From an uncultured delta proteobacterium (GTDB taxonomy: Bacteria; Myxococcota_A; Polyangia; Palsa-1104): a DNA stretch of 64,000 bases. The DNA lies in NCBI GenBank assembly GCA_963785725.1, contig CAWAWS010000003.1:416001-480000 (forward strand), read 5' to 3'. The position numbers were made by a program, and so were the translations under genes. Shown here piece by piece: positions 8,233-18,013 of this stretch; position 1 is the first letter of the stretch; every line of letters starts with the position of its first letter. The notes below the pieces were generated by a model. That model made no database searches and was not told the DNA's origin. It worked only from the letters and a program-made list of their open reading frames with translations.

Positions 8233-10338
8233 ATGCTCGAACATTCGCGCCGCGCGGTCACGGTCACGGTCATGCTCGTCGCCGGCGCCGCTTGTGCGCA
8301 GGAGAAGTTGCCGCGGCCGATCTCGTTGGCCGCGCCGCCGCGTGCGCTGGCCTTCGAACCGAACCGGGGCCAGCTCGATCCACGCGTTCGCTTCGCGGCG
8401 CGCGGCCCTGGCTACAGCGTCGCGCTGCAAAGCGACGGCGCCCTGCTCTTGACGATGCGCCATGTCGCCGGCAACGCGCAGACGATCGGGCTGCGTCCCG
8501 TCCGCGCCGGCGCCGCGCCGTCGGTGCGTGGCGTCGACCGCTTGCCCGGCGAGCGCGACTATTACGCCGGCCGCGATCCCGCGCGCTGGATTACGCACGT
8601 GCCCACCTTCGCGGGCGTCGGCTACGCGCACGTCTACCGCGACGTGCGCCTGGTCTATCGCGGTGCCGCGCGCGGCCTCGAATATGTCTTCGAAGCCGAG
8701 CCCGGGGCCGATGTGCGCGCCATCGAGCTCGCCGTCACCGGCGCGCGCGGCCTGCGCATCGACCAGCAGGGCGGCCTGCGCATCACGCTCGCCGACGGCA
8801 GCGAGCTGCGCCAGTCAGCGCCGGTGCTCTATCAGGAGATCGATGGCAAGCAGCGCATCGTCAGCGGCGGCTTCGACGTGCGGGCGCCCGATCGCATCGG
8901 CTTTCGCGTGGGCGCCTACGACCGCTCACGTCGCCTGGTCATCGATCCCGACCTCGAGCTGTCGACCTATCTCGGCGGCGCCGGCGGCGACTCCGGCGCC
9001 AAGGGCGTCCTCGACTGTGACGGCAATTTGTACCTGACCGGCTCGACCAGCAACGGCGACTTCCCCGGCTCGACCAGCAGCGCGCAAGGCGGCAACGTCT
9101 TCGTCACCAAGCTCGATCGCAACGACCGCCACGTCATCTTCACCGCCATCCTCGGCGCCGGCGGCGCGAGCGGCGGCGCCGCCATCGCGCTCGATCCCGA
9201 GGGCCGCATCTACGTCTCCGGCTCGACCAGCTCGACCCAGTATCCCGTCAGCGCCGGCGCCTACCAAACGAGCTTCAACGCCACGAGCGGCTTCGGCGAC
9301 GCCTTCTTCACGGTCTTACGACGCGACGGCGCCGGGCTGATCTATTCCACCTACCTCGGCGGCCAATTCGACAACGGCGCCGGCTCGCTCGCCGTCGCCT
9401 CCGATCATCACGTCTACCTATCGGGCGATACGGAATCCGACAACTTTCCGACCACGCCTGGCAGCTACGACCCACAGCCCATCAGTGTCGGCGATCCCCA
9501 TCATCAGGGCCCGCTGCGCGGCTGGATCGCCGAATTCGACCCATTCCGCTCCGGCGCCGCGTCGCTCCTCCATTCGTCTTACATCGGCGCCGTGCAGATC
9601 CGCATGCAAGGCATGGTGCTCGACGACGCTGGCCATCCGTACGCGCTCGGCAATCAGGACGGCACCCTCCTCGGCTTGAGCGGTGCGCCTTGTGGCGCGC
9701 CGGCCACGATCGGCGCCTTCGTGGTCGCCTTCGACCGATCGCTGTCGTCGATTCGCTCGCTCTCCTGCCTCGGCAACGCGAGGCTGGAGGCGAACGGTCT
9801 GGCCATCGACGGGGACGACCTGTTCGTCTCGGGAATCGCCGACAGTGACCCGTTTACGCTCACGCCCAACGCGCTGCAGACGGTGCCACCACCGAACGGC
9901 TCTTTCATCATGCGCTATGACATCAGCCACACGCTGCCCACGGTCGCGTATGCCAGCTATCTCGGCGGCACGGGCAGCGATTGGCCGATGGTCGTGGCCG
10001 GCGCCGGACATCACGAGGTCTGGCTGAGCGGATTCACCACTTCGACCGATTTTCCATTGGCGCGGCCCATCCAGGATCACCTCGGCGGCGGCGTCCAAGA
10101 CGCCTTCGTGACCTACTTGCGCGCCGACGGCTCGCCGCTGCTGTTTTCCAGCTATTTTGGCGGCAGCGGCAGCGAGTCCGGCGCAGGAATCGTCGTCGAC
10201 GGCAGCCGACGCGGCGCCGCCTTTATCATGGGCAACACGGACTCGAGCGACCTCGTCACCACGCCGGGCGCCATCCAGCCGACCTATGGCGGCAACGGCG
10301 ATGTCTTCCTGATCGAGATCACGCACGCCGGCCATTGA
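8233..10338 (+). CDS. SBBP (beta-propeller) repeat surface protein
   Basis: FEPNRGQ N-domain, LVIDP..STYLGG, and repeated YSTYLGG/GxTxSxDFP/DAFVT motifs. Start is uncertain (8170-8272). Confidence 0.85.
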   Translation: MLEHSRRAVTVTVMLVAGAACAQEKLPRPISLAAPPRALAFEPNRGQLDPRVRFAARGPGYSVALQSDGALLLTMRHVAGNAQTIGLRPVRAGAAPSVRGVDRLPGERDYYAGRDPARWITHVPTFAGVGYAHVYRDVRLVYRGAARGLEYVFEAEPGADVRAIELAVTGARGLRIDQQGGLRITLADGSELRQSAPVLYQEIDGKQRIVSGGFDVRAPDRIGFRVGAYDRSRRLVIDPDLELSTYLGGAGGDSGAKGVLDCDGNLYLTGSTSNGDFPGSTSSAQGGNVFVTKLDRNDRHVIFTAILGAGGASGGAAIALDPEGRIYVSGSTSSTQYPVSAGAYQTSFNATSGFGDAFFTVLRRDGAGLIYSTYLGGQFDNGAGSLAVASDHHVYLSGDTESDNFPTTPGSYDPQPISVGDPHHQGPLRGWIAEFDPFRSGAASLLHSSYIGAVQIRMQGMVLDDAGHPYALGNQDGTLLGLSGAPCGAPATIGAFVVAFDRSLSSIRSLSCLGNARLEANGLAIDGDDLFVSGIADSDPFTLTPNALQTVPPPNGSFIMRYDISHTLPTVAYASYLGGTGSDWPMVVAGAGHHEVWLSGFTTSTDFPLARPIQDHLGGGVQDAFVTYLRADGSPLLFSSYFGGSGSESGAGIVVDGSRRGAAFIMGNTDSSDLVTTPGAIQPTYGGNGDVFLIEITHAGH

Positions 10339-10458
10339 CGCCCATTCATTGGTCGGCTGGGCTGAGCTACGCCGGCGCCGAGTGCCTGCTTTGATTAGAA
10401 GCTCTCGATGAAATCGAAGAGGCCGAATGCGGAGTGTGACGTGCAGGATGCTGCTGAG

Positions 10459-10677
10459 CTAAAGGCCGTGTTTGAGCCTTAGCTGAGACTTGCCAACGTC
10501 CACGACGTATGTGTGATGTATTTTCTTGATGGAATCATCGTCGACATCAACCGACAGGACTGAATGGCCCGCCTTGGCAGGCCTCGGCTCCACTCGGTTG
10601 GCCATGTGCTTTGCGGGTTTTCCCACCGCGATGATCTTTCCTTGCTGGTCATACCAGACGAGAATGCGAGTCTTCAT
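10459..10677 (-). CDS. Small hypothetical protein (72 aa)
   Basis: Strong RBS GGAGGAG before ATG 10677. Non-repetitive protein-like sequence. Lies 13 nt downstream of the partner gene. Confidence 0.65.
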   Translation of the reverse strand: MKTRILVWYDQQGKIIAVGKPAKHMANRVEPRPAKAGHSVLSVDVDDDSIKKIHHTYVVDVGKSQLRLKHGL

Positions 10678-10690
10678 GTTCTCCTCCGAT

Positions 10691-10999
10691 CTACGGGAAG
10701 TTTTCGATTGGTTCAAAGAGATTGATCAGGAAACCGGATAGGTCTTGAACATCCGGTCCTCCTTGCGACTGATTGGTAAACAAGAGCGTGTAGCCTACCG
10801 TGGCGTCGACATGCTCTCCGACGCCAACGAGCTGATAGGACAGAAATAGCTTTTCGCCCGTAAAGGAATTGGGACCGGTGGTGATGAGCTCGGGTTTCAG
10901 ATCGAAGCCAACGTAGGTTCCTTGGTCGTATCCGTGAATCCAAAGATTGATGGATTCGCCTGCGAGTATGTTGAAGCTGAAGACCTCTACTGCCGGCAT
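10691..10999 (-). CDS. Small hypothetical beta-rich protein (102 aa)
   Basis: RBS AAGGAGGAG before ATG 10999. Composition rich in aromatic and beta-strand residues. Confidence 0.7.
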   Translation of the reverse strand: MPAVEVFSFNILAGESINLWIHGYDQGTYVGFDLKPELITTGPNSFTGEKLFLSYQLVGVGEHVDATVGYTLLFTNQSQGGPDVQDLSGFLINLFEPIENFP

Positions 11000-11506
11000 G
11001 ACTCTCCTCCTTGGAAATGGCGTCCGAGAAGCAGACTCTGAAATGCGCGTCCGCCGTCGAGACGCGTGGCCAATGCGACAGTCTCAAATCAGCCGTTAAT
11101 GTCAACGCGGCATCTGCCTGAGGAGCAAGCGTTCAGTGGGCCGAGCGACTGCGCGAATCCTCGACTGCGACAATTTGCCGCACGCCATCGACCGACGGCA
11201 GTCTTGTGATCAATGCCACTGGCAGCTTACGCGGCGGTGCGCCGGCTGTCCGCCCAACTAAGCTCGACTCTTGAAATAACCAGAGTGGCCACTCGATGCC
11301 GCGGGGTATCGGCACGAATACCCACTCCAGCGACACAGCAATTTTACAAAAACAGCTGGGAGCGAACGTGACGTTCTTAAGACGAGTCTCGTCAATGGCA
11401 CTCGGGGCGCTGCGGAAGAAGATCGTGTCGCTCGACGAAGCCGGTGAGCTTCATCGACGGAAGAGCGCCCTCTCGCGAGCGCTATCCGCACCTGCTCACA
11501 TCGCAG

Positions 11507-11848
11507 TCACCGTCCGCGCAGCGTCGCGATGATCTCGACGATTTGCGCGCGACGCGCGCGCGCCTGCGCGATGTGCGCATCGAGCTCCGTGAGCTTGGCT
11601 TCCAGCCGCGCGCGAAGCCGCGCCTTGCGCCCTGCGTCTCTCGGCGATCGCAAAAAGACGTCGATGTCGCGCAGCGTAAAGCCGAGGCTGCGAGCGCGGT
11701 GAACGAAGCGGAGGATCTCCAGCGCACGCTCGTCGTAGTCGCGATAACCGTTATCGAGCCGCCTTGCAGAAATGATTCTACGCGCTTCGTAGAAGCGAAT
11801 CTTGGAGGTGGCAACTCCGACCTTCTTCGCCAGTTCACCAATGCGCAT
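11507..11848 (-). CDS. MerR-family transcriptional regulator (no Cys)
   Basis: MRIGELAKKVGV....IRFYE...NGYRDY...ARSLGFTL.DI. Confidence 0.92.
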   Translation of the reverse strand: MRIGELAKKVGVATSKIRFYEARRIISARRLDNGYRDYDERALEILRFVHRARSLGFTLRDIDVFLRSPRDAGRKARLRARLEAKLTELDAHIAQARARRAQIVEIIATLRGR

Positions 11849-11851
11849 GGC

Positions 11852-11882
11852 TTGACCTTCAAGTTAGTTGAAGGTGTACGGT
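11852..11882 (+). promoter_or_regulatory. MerR-type promoter: -35 TTGACC, 19-bp spacer, -10 TACGGT, with operator ACCTTCAA-N5-TTGAAGGT
   Basis: Perfect 8-bp inverted repeat (11855-11862 / 11868-11875) overlaps the -35 and a 19-bp spacer, between the divergent merR-family and hydrolase genes. Confidence 0.85.
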
Positions 11883-11905
11883 CAGATCAAGGAGCGCGAA
11901 CAACC

Positions 11906-12595
11906 ATGCAATCCCTCGTCATGATCCCCGGGCTCGGCAGCGACCGCGCCGTCTGGCAACCGACCATCGATGCACTCGACGGGAAGCTCGCGTGCGTCGT
12001 GGGCGACACGTCGATCGACGCGACGTTGGCCGCCATGGCGCGGCGCATTCTAATCAGCGCGCCGCCGCGCTTTGCGCTGGCCGGCGTGTCCATGGGCGGA
12101 ATGGTGGCGCTCGAGCTCATGAAGCTGGCGCCCGAGCGAGTCTCACATCTCGCCCTGGTCGACACGAGCGCGCGACCCGATACCGCCTGGAAGAAAGTCT
12201 ATCGGCGCTTGGCCATTCTGGTCGCCGCCATGACGCGGGACTTCAGACGAGCCTCCGCGCGCAGTGTGTCCTCGCTCGTGCATGCGTCGGCGCCGGACGA
12301 CGTGCGCGTCGCGCTGACGGACATGGGCGCGCGCGTCGGCCCCGAGGTCTTCATTCGTCAGAACGGCGCGCTGATAGGGCGTAGCGACCTCCGTCCCGGG
12401 CTGTCGGGCATCGCCGTTCCCACTGCCGTCGTCGTTGGCCGAGACGATCGACTCACACCGGTCGGCGTGTCCGAGGAGCTCCGTGCGTTGATACCGGGCT
12501 CGACGCTCCACGTGATCCCCGATTGCGGCCATCTTCCTCCTATCGAGAGGCCGAAGATCATGGCCAGTCTGCTTGAAGCGCTCGTGTCCGGTTGA
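11906..12595 (+). CDS. Alpha/beta fold hydrolase
   Basis: IPGL, GVSMGG nucleophile elbow, GRDDRLTP, CGHLPPIE. RBS AAGGAG. Confidence 0.9.
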   Translation: MQSLVMIPGLGSDRAVWQPTIDALDGKLACVVGDTSIDATLAAMARRILISAPPRFALAGVSMGGMVALELMKLAPERVSHLALVDTSARPDTAWKKVYRRLAILVAAMTRDFRRASARSVSSLVHASAPDDVRVALTDMGARVGPEVFIRQNGALIGRSDLRPGLSGIAVPTAVVVGRDDRLTPVGVSEELRALIPGSTLHVIPDCGHLPPIERPKIMASLLEALVSG

Positions 12596-12629
12596 GCACG
12601 CGACGACGGAAAAGAGGTATCATCGCGCG

Positions 12630-13361
12630 ATGCGGGCGACCATCGTCTGTGGCGCGCTGTTGGTCGCGGGCTGCTTCGCGCCCAATCTCGGCGACGGCGC
12701 GCTCGTGTGCGGCGGCGGCGGCGACTGCCCGCCCGGCTACGTCTGCCGCGCGGACCAGCACTGCTGGCGCACGACGCTCGCCGACGGCAGCGTCGCGCCC
12801 AGCGACGACTTGAGCGCCGCCGACGACCTGAGCGTCACCGGCGATCTCGGCCCCGGACGCGACCTGGCGCTGCCGCCCGATCTCGGGATCGGGCCGACCA
12901 CGTGCACGAGCGCGGCCCGCGTCTGTCAGAACGCCAGCGTCAGCGCCGCGTGCGAGCTCTTCGGCGGCAGCTACACCGAGCAGCCCGATCGCGCCTGCCC
13001 GCCGACTTCGGGCTGCAGCGACGGCTACTGCCAGCCGCCGAGCGGCGCGCTCGCCTGCGCGCGGCCGGCCGACTGCGCGCCGGTCCCCGACACCACCTGC
13101 GATCCGTTCGTCGTCGTGCAAGGCGGCAAGCAGACGATCCTCGGCGCCTGCGTGCCGCCGTTCGGCTCCAGCAACGGCACCTGCGGCGCCACCGGCTTCG
13201 ACAGCACCTGCAGCAGCGGCTTCTGCATCAGCGCCGGCACGAAGACGGTCTGCCTGGTCCTGTGCGCGCAAACGAGCGACTGCCCGACCGGCGAGACCTG
13301 CGCCGCGCGCCTCATCACCGTCGAAGGCTTGACCACGAGCGTCAGCGTCTGCGGCGGTTGA
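12630..13361 (+). CDS. Cys-rich lipoprotein
   Basis: Lipobox LVAGC, CPPGYVC module, DLS/DLA linker, multiple Cys modules. Confidence 0.8.
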   Translation: MRATIVCGALLVAGCFAPNLGDGALVCGGGGDCPPGYVCRADQHCWRTTLADGSVAPSDDLSAADDLSVTGDLGPGRDLALPPDLGIGPTTCTSAARVCQNASVSAACELFGGSYTEQPDRACPPTSGCSDGYCQPPSGALACARPADCAPVPDTTCDPFVVVQGGKQTILGACVPPFGSSNGTCGATGFDSTCSSGFCISAGTKTVCLVLCAQTSDCPTGETCAARLITVEGLTTSVSVCGG

Positions 13362-13544
13362 TGCAGCGCTGTCTATAAGCGCCCCGTTGTCGCCCAATCT
13401 CTAGAGTTGCCCCTTTGAAAATGACTAGCAACGAGCTGGCCGCCTTCATTGTTGTCGTGACCCGCAATGCGAGCCCGCCGCGAGGCTATTCTGGCGCCCT
13501 TCATTTCTCCATTGGGCACGCCGGTCGGCGTAGAGTCATGGTGA

Positions 13545-14972
13545 GTGAGCTCGCCCGTCGTCTCGCGCGCGTCGATCGGTTTACCTCCTGGGCCAGGCGC
13601 CCGGCGTATCCGCGACGTCGTCGAATGGGTGTGGCGCCCGATCGATTTCCTCGAGCGCAACCGCCGCCTCTATGGCGAGAGCTTCACGGTGTGCGCGCTG
13701 CCCTCGCGACCGCCCATCGTTTGGTTGGGCGAGCCGGATGCCGTCCGCGACGTCTTCGCCGCGGGTGACGACACGGTGCGCGCCGGCGAGGCCAAGGGAT
13801 ACTCGCGTGCGGTGGTGGGACGCCACTCGCTGCTGGTCCTCGATGGCGAGGAGCACCGGCGCCAACGTCGCTTGATGTCGCCTGCTTTCCACGGCGATCG
13901 CGTGCGCGCCCATGCCGAGATCATGCGCGCCGCCGCCGCCCGCGCGGTCGACCGCTGGGCCGAGGGGAGCGAGGTGCGGCTGCTCGACGCCATGCAGGCC
14001 ATCGCCCTCGACGTGATGCTTCGCGCGGTCTTCGGCGTCGAGAACGACGCGACGCACGCACGCCTCTCGGGCCTTCTGCGCGCGCTCATGCATCGCGGCT
14101 CCAGCTCGGTGCTCTTCGGGCTGGCGGCGCTGCTCGGCGGGTCTCGCGTGGCGGCCGCGGCGAGCGCTGCTTCTCGTTCCCTGCGACTCGGACCGCTGCG
14201 AATACTGCCCGATGCCGTGATTCCCGGGCGACACATCGTTCGGCTCCTCTCGGAAGTGGACGCGCTCATCTACGCCGAGCTCGCCGCGCGGCGCGCGGCT
14301 TCACGGCCGGAGCCCGGCCGCGACGTCTTGTCGTTGCTGATGGCGGCGCGCGACGAGAGCGGCTCGGCGCTCGGCGATGTGGAGCTGCGCGACGAGCTCA
14401 TGACCCTCTTGCTCGCGGGCCACGAGACGACGGCGATCACGATGGCCTGGGCGCTCCACCACCTGATGGCCGCGCCCGCGGTGCTCGCTCGCTTGCGCGC
14501 GGAGCTCGCTTCGGTCGCGCGCGACGGGGATTGGGGAAGAGCACTGACAGCGCTGCCGTACCTCGACGCGGTGGTCAACGAGACGATGCGTCTGACGCCG
14601 GTGGTGCCGCTCGTCGGGCGCGTCGTGCAACGCGCGGCCTCGTTCGGGCGCTACCGGATCCCGGCCGGGATGATGGTGGCGCCGTCGATCTGGCTCGTGC
14701 ATCACCGCGACGATCTGTACCCGGAGCCGGGTCGATTCCGGCCCGAGCGCTTCCTCGAGCGGACGCCGGCGCCGCACGAGCTCTTCCCCTTCGGCGGTGG
14801 CCTGCGTCGCTGCGTTGGGGCCGCCTTTGCGACATTGGAGGTCAAGATCGTGCTGGCCGAAGTGGTCTCCCGGGTCGCGCTCTCACCCGCCGGCCCGAGC
14901 GTCAAGCCGGTCCGGCGCGGCATCTCGTTCGCCCCCTCGGGCGGAGTGCGCGTGCGCGTGCAGACGCGATGA
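13545..14972 (+). CDS. Cytochrome P450
   Basis: AGHETT I-helix, ETMR (ExxR), FRPERF, and PFGGGLRRCVG heme-Cys motif. Confidence 0.95.
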   Translation: MSSPVVSRASIGLPPGPGARRIRDVVEWVWRPIDFLERNRRLYGESFTVCALPSRPPIVWLGEPDAVRDVFAAGDDTVRAGEAKGYSRAVVGRHSLLVLDGEEHRRQRRLMSPAFHGDRVRAHAEIMRAAAARAVDRWAEGSEVRLLDAMQAIALDVMLRAVFGVENDATHARLSGLLRALMHRGSSSVLFGLAALLGGSRVAAAASAASRSLRLGPLRILPDAVIPGRHIVRLLSEVDALIYAELAARRAASRPEPGRDVLSLLMAARDESGSALGDVELRDELMTLLLAGHETTAITMAWALHHLMAAPAVLARLRAELASVARDGDWGRALTALPYLDAVVNETMRLTPVVPLVGRVVQRAASFGRYRIPAGMMVAPSIWLVHHRDDLYPEPGRFRPERFLERTPAPHELFPFGGGLRRCVGAAFATLEVKIVLAEVVSRVALSPAGPSVKPVRRGISFAPSGGVRVRVQTR

Positions 14973-15072
14973 GGCGACGGCGTGGACGAATTCGTATGAC
15001 GGCGAGCATGAGCGCCTTCAAGGCGCCGCACCCGGCGTCCGAGTATCGAAGACAGCGCGCGGGAGGTGTTAC

Positions 15073-15477
15073 GTGAGCATGCCAGCTGAGATCGCCGCCG
15101 CTCTAATCAAATATCGAGCCGCGCAAGTGACGATGTGGGCGACGGACACCGCGGCGTTTGCGGAGGCGCATGACGTGCTCGTCTTTGCCGCCGACCTGGG
15201 TGGCCTGGCCGGAGCGCGCGCCGACGGCGAATTGGTCGAGCTTGGCTGGGACGACAAGCACCCAAAACCGATCGTCAGCCGTCGCTGGCGTGATCTCGTG
15301 CTCTTGTCCGGCAGACGGTTTTACCAGGAGCTGGAGCCATTGCTTCCAAAGCGGCGCGCGAGCGACCTCGAGTGCGCCTCATGCCGTGGTACGGGCAAGG
15401 CCCTTGGCGGCGAACTCGAAAACGTAGTTTGCTACTGTGGGGGTCTCGGCTGGATTCCGAGCTATTGGGAGAGATGA
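15073..15477 (+). CDS. Hypothetical protein with C-terminal zinc ribbon (CxxCxGxG...CxCGGLGW)
   Basis: GGAGG at 15062, with in-frame GTG/ATG at 15073/15079. Motifs CASCRGTG and CYCGGLGW. Confidence 0.65.
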   Translation: MSMPAEIAAALIKYRAAQVTMWATDTAAFAEAHDVLVFAADLGGLAGARADGELVELGWDDKHPKPIVSRRWRDLVLLSGRRFYQELEPLLPKRRASDLECASCRGTGKALGGELENVVCYCGGLGWIPSYWER

Positions 15478-15545
15478 GCGCGTCGTAGCCAAATTCAACT
15501 CGTCAGGCTGTCCGGTTTCATAGGGGCAACTCCACTCCTTCGTGC

Positions 15546-16598
15546 TCACTGCTTCGCGGAGCTCGCCGCCATAGGATACGGCTCGCCGAAATAGGGGAAA
15601 TCCGGGCGCGTCAGCCGCATATCGGGCGCCACCCCATCGCCGAGCGCCGTGTTCGTGACCAGCGTGAGCATCACGTCCATTGCGTCGTCGCCGAGGCCGC
15701 GGCCGTTGAAGGCGGCAAAGCTGAATGAGGCGGGCGTGTCCAGCTCATACGGCAAGAGCGATGGGCAGAGGCGCGCGAGCAGCTGCGTAGCGTAGGCGGA
15801 CGGGTCGGCCGCCGAGTGGGCGAGCGCGGTGACCTTCTCCACGAAGTCGCGGATTGGCTTGGAGAACAGCGCCACTTCGTCCGCCGGGACCGCGCGGTTG
15901 TAGCTTTCGGAGGCGCCGTGCAGCGAAGGATCGGAGAGCAAGATGTGGCTGATCATCGGCAGACCCCAACGCGATACCTGCACCTCCGGCGCGTGCCCGT
16001 AGAGCGATGCGGTGGCCCAGGCGTGCACCACACCTCGGCCGATCAGGCCGCTCGGGACCTCGAGGACGATGGCGGTGACATTCTTGCCGGCAAAGAAGTT
16101 CTGGCGATCATGGAACGCCTCCGGGGCAAACCGGTTCTCGGACCACAGCGCTCTTCTGAAGGCACCGAAACCGGCGCCATCGGAGGCGAACAGATCGGGC
16201 GCGAGGCCTGCGTACGCCAGGCAGCCGTGATCCGTCTTCACGATGCGTCCCGTATTGCCGGAAATGACGAGCTCGCCCGCGGCACCCTTCAGCGCGTCCG
16301 CTCCGGTGGCGCGCCGGACCGCGAAGGTCTGCACGTGCCGGCGCTCGCCGCCGTCGTCGTGGCCGGGCGCGCCGAACTGGACCTTGAAGGTGACGTCTTC
16401 GCGAAGGTCGCGATTCGTGTCGAATCGAAAGGCATAGAGACCTTCGTCGCGGAAGGTGTCGGGCGCGCCGACGCCGGCGTTCGGATTCACCGTCAAAGCC
16501 ATGACCGTTGTGCCCGGGCGACCGCGAAACAAATAGAAGTCGCAGATGTTGATGCGGGGGTCTTCTTTGGCAGTAGGCGTGTCGAAGTGATGCGACAT
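15546..16598 (-). CDS. DUF4331-family protein
   Basis: MSHHFD...DPRINICDFYLF, Y.FRFD, DLF, NVTAIVLEVP, QVSRWGLP, NGRGLGDDAMD, FPY motifs. Confidence 0.85.
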   Translation of the reverse strand: MSHHFDTPTAKEDPRINICDFYLFRGRPGTTVMALTVNPNAGVGAPDTFRDEGLYAFRFDTNRDLREDVTFKVQFGAPGHDDGGERRHVQTFAVRRATGADALKGAAGELVISGNTGRIVKTDHGCLAYAGLAPDLFASDGAGFGAFRRALWSENRFAPEAFHDRQNFFAGKNVTAIVLEVPSGLIGRGVVHAWATASLYGHAPEVQVSRWGLPMISHILLSDPSLHGASESYNRAVPADEVALFSKPIRDFVEKVTALAHSAADPSAYATQLLARLCPSLLPYELDTPASFSFAAFNGRGLGDDAMDVMLTLVTNTALGDGVAPDMRLTRPDFPYFGEPYPMAASSAKQ

Positions 16599-16693
16599 TG
16601 CCAATCCTCTCCTAAAGGGTTAGCTCCTTAAGAATCGGTCGAATGGAGCGAACGAAGGGCGATGCGCTTTCATCACGAGACGCGCCACACTCG

Positions 16694-17533
16694 TCAGGCG
16701 TCCGCTGGTCCATAGACGACCGGGAGATCGAGCTCCCGGCGTGCGAGCGCCCCGCCCGCTTTGGCGACTATCCGCGCTCGGATCTTCTGCGAGGCGTCGC
16801 CCGTCGCGAGCCGCAAGATCGTGTCGAAGCTCTCTCTGAGCTCGGCCTCCGTCGGTGGCTGGAGGCGCCGGTCGACCAGAGACTTGGCAGTCGCGAGCGC
16901 GGTGGCGTCGAAGCTGGCGATCCGGCGCGCGATGCGATCGACGTAGTGGTCGAGGTCGACATCGGGTAGCGAGCGGTTGATCCAGCCATAGCGCTCGGCC
17001 GTGTCCGCGTCGAAGTCGTCTGCGCCGAGGATGACCTCCAGCGCTCGGGCGCGACCCATGTGACGCGGCAGCCACTCGAGTCCGCCGCCACCCGGCACCT
17101 CGCCGAAGCCGACCTCGACCTGACATAGACGTGTGTTCTCTCGACTGGCGAATCTGAGGTCGCAGGCAATGACGAGCTCGTTGCCGATTCCGCGGGCGCG
17201 TCCTCGCACCTTGGCGATGGTGACGGCGGGCGAAGCGTGCAGCCAGCTGCTGAACCCAGGCCAGTGCTCCTTCAGGTTCCGCAAGCCCGCGCCATCGCCG
17301 GCCATCATGGGCCCGAGGTCGAGGTGTGCGACGAAGAAGTCGGGGTTCGCGCTTGCGAGGACGACCACTTTGACGCCGTGGCTCGGATCCTCGACATACG
17401 CCCGCAGTCCGCGCAGCCCGGAAAACACCCGCGAATCGACCAAATTGAACGGCGGATTGTCGAGCACTGCCTCGAGATAACCGGGAGCTACTTGCGAGAC
17501 CAGGACCACCTGGCTGTCGATGAGCGAGGGCAT
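16694..17533 (-). CDS. Enoyl-CoA hydratase/isomerase family protein
   Basis: NPPFNL, SANPDFFVAHLD, GRARGIGNE, CDLRFASRE, QVEVG..PGGGG. RBS AGGAGAGG. Confidence 0.9.
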   Translation of the reverse strand: MPSLIDSQVVLVSQVAPGYLEAVLDNPPFNLVDSRVFSGLRGLRAYVEDPSHGVKVVVLASANPDFFVAHLDLGPMMAGDGAGLRNLKEHWPGFSSWLHASPAVTIAKVRGRARGIGNELVIACDLRFASRENTRLCQVEVGFGEVPGGGGLEWLPRHMGRARALEVILGADDFDADTAERYGWINRSLPDVDLDHYVDRIARRIASFDATALATAKSLVDRRLQPPTEAELRESFDTILRLATGDASQKIRARIVAKAGGALARRELDLPVVYGPADA

Positions 17534-17754
17534 TGAATTTGGCGCTCCTCTCCTAAGCCGTAGGTAAGGCGCGCGCGAGGCAAGTCCACACTCGGCACTA
17601 AGAAAGGACGCGCCCATGCGAACGAATTCTGCACTCGCACCGGCAGGCGGTCAGAGACGCAGTGAGCGAGCGGCATTACAGTGAGCTAGCGAATCTTGGA
17701 GGACGCATGTACTAGAAGCTCAATCGCCATGGCTGACCGATCACAAGAATATTA

Positions 17755-18003
17755 ATGCAAGCACACCCGCTCGAATCGAATGTCGATCGATTCAATCATG
17801 ACGCGAGTCGCCGGACGCATACCTATGACGACGGCGGCTGCACCGACACCTTCAACAGCCTCACCGACAAAGCATGCGAGCTCTACCTATTTCAATTCTC
17901 GCAGCGCTACGGCGGCCAGACGTGCGGCGGCGCGGGCTGCCCGTTGCGGCCGCTGCCGACTCACAATGGCACCAAGGTGATTCAGCTCTGCTTGGTCGAG
18001 TGA
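17755..18003 (+). CDS. Cys-rich domain paralogous to the C-terminal half of the 20887-21417 lipoprotein (probably 5'-truncated)
   Basis: Shares HTYD.xGCTD...D..C.LY.FQ.S...C...C.L.PL.T..NG.K with the 20887-21417 protein. Confidence 0.6.
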   Translation: MQAHPLESNVDRFNHDASRRTHTYDDGGCTDTFNSLTDKACELYLFQFSQRYGGQTCGGAGCPLRPLPTHNGTKVIQLCLVE

Positions 18004-18013
18004 CGCCGGGCAT

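Noticed and set aside
11444..11905. N-terminal extension of the hydrolase ORF (383-aa call)
   Set aside because: It overlaps the merR-family gene antisense. The promoter and RBS point to ATG 11906.
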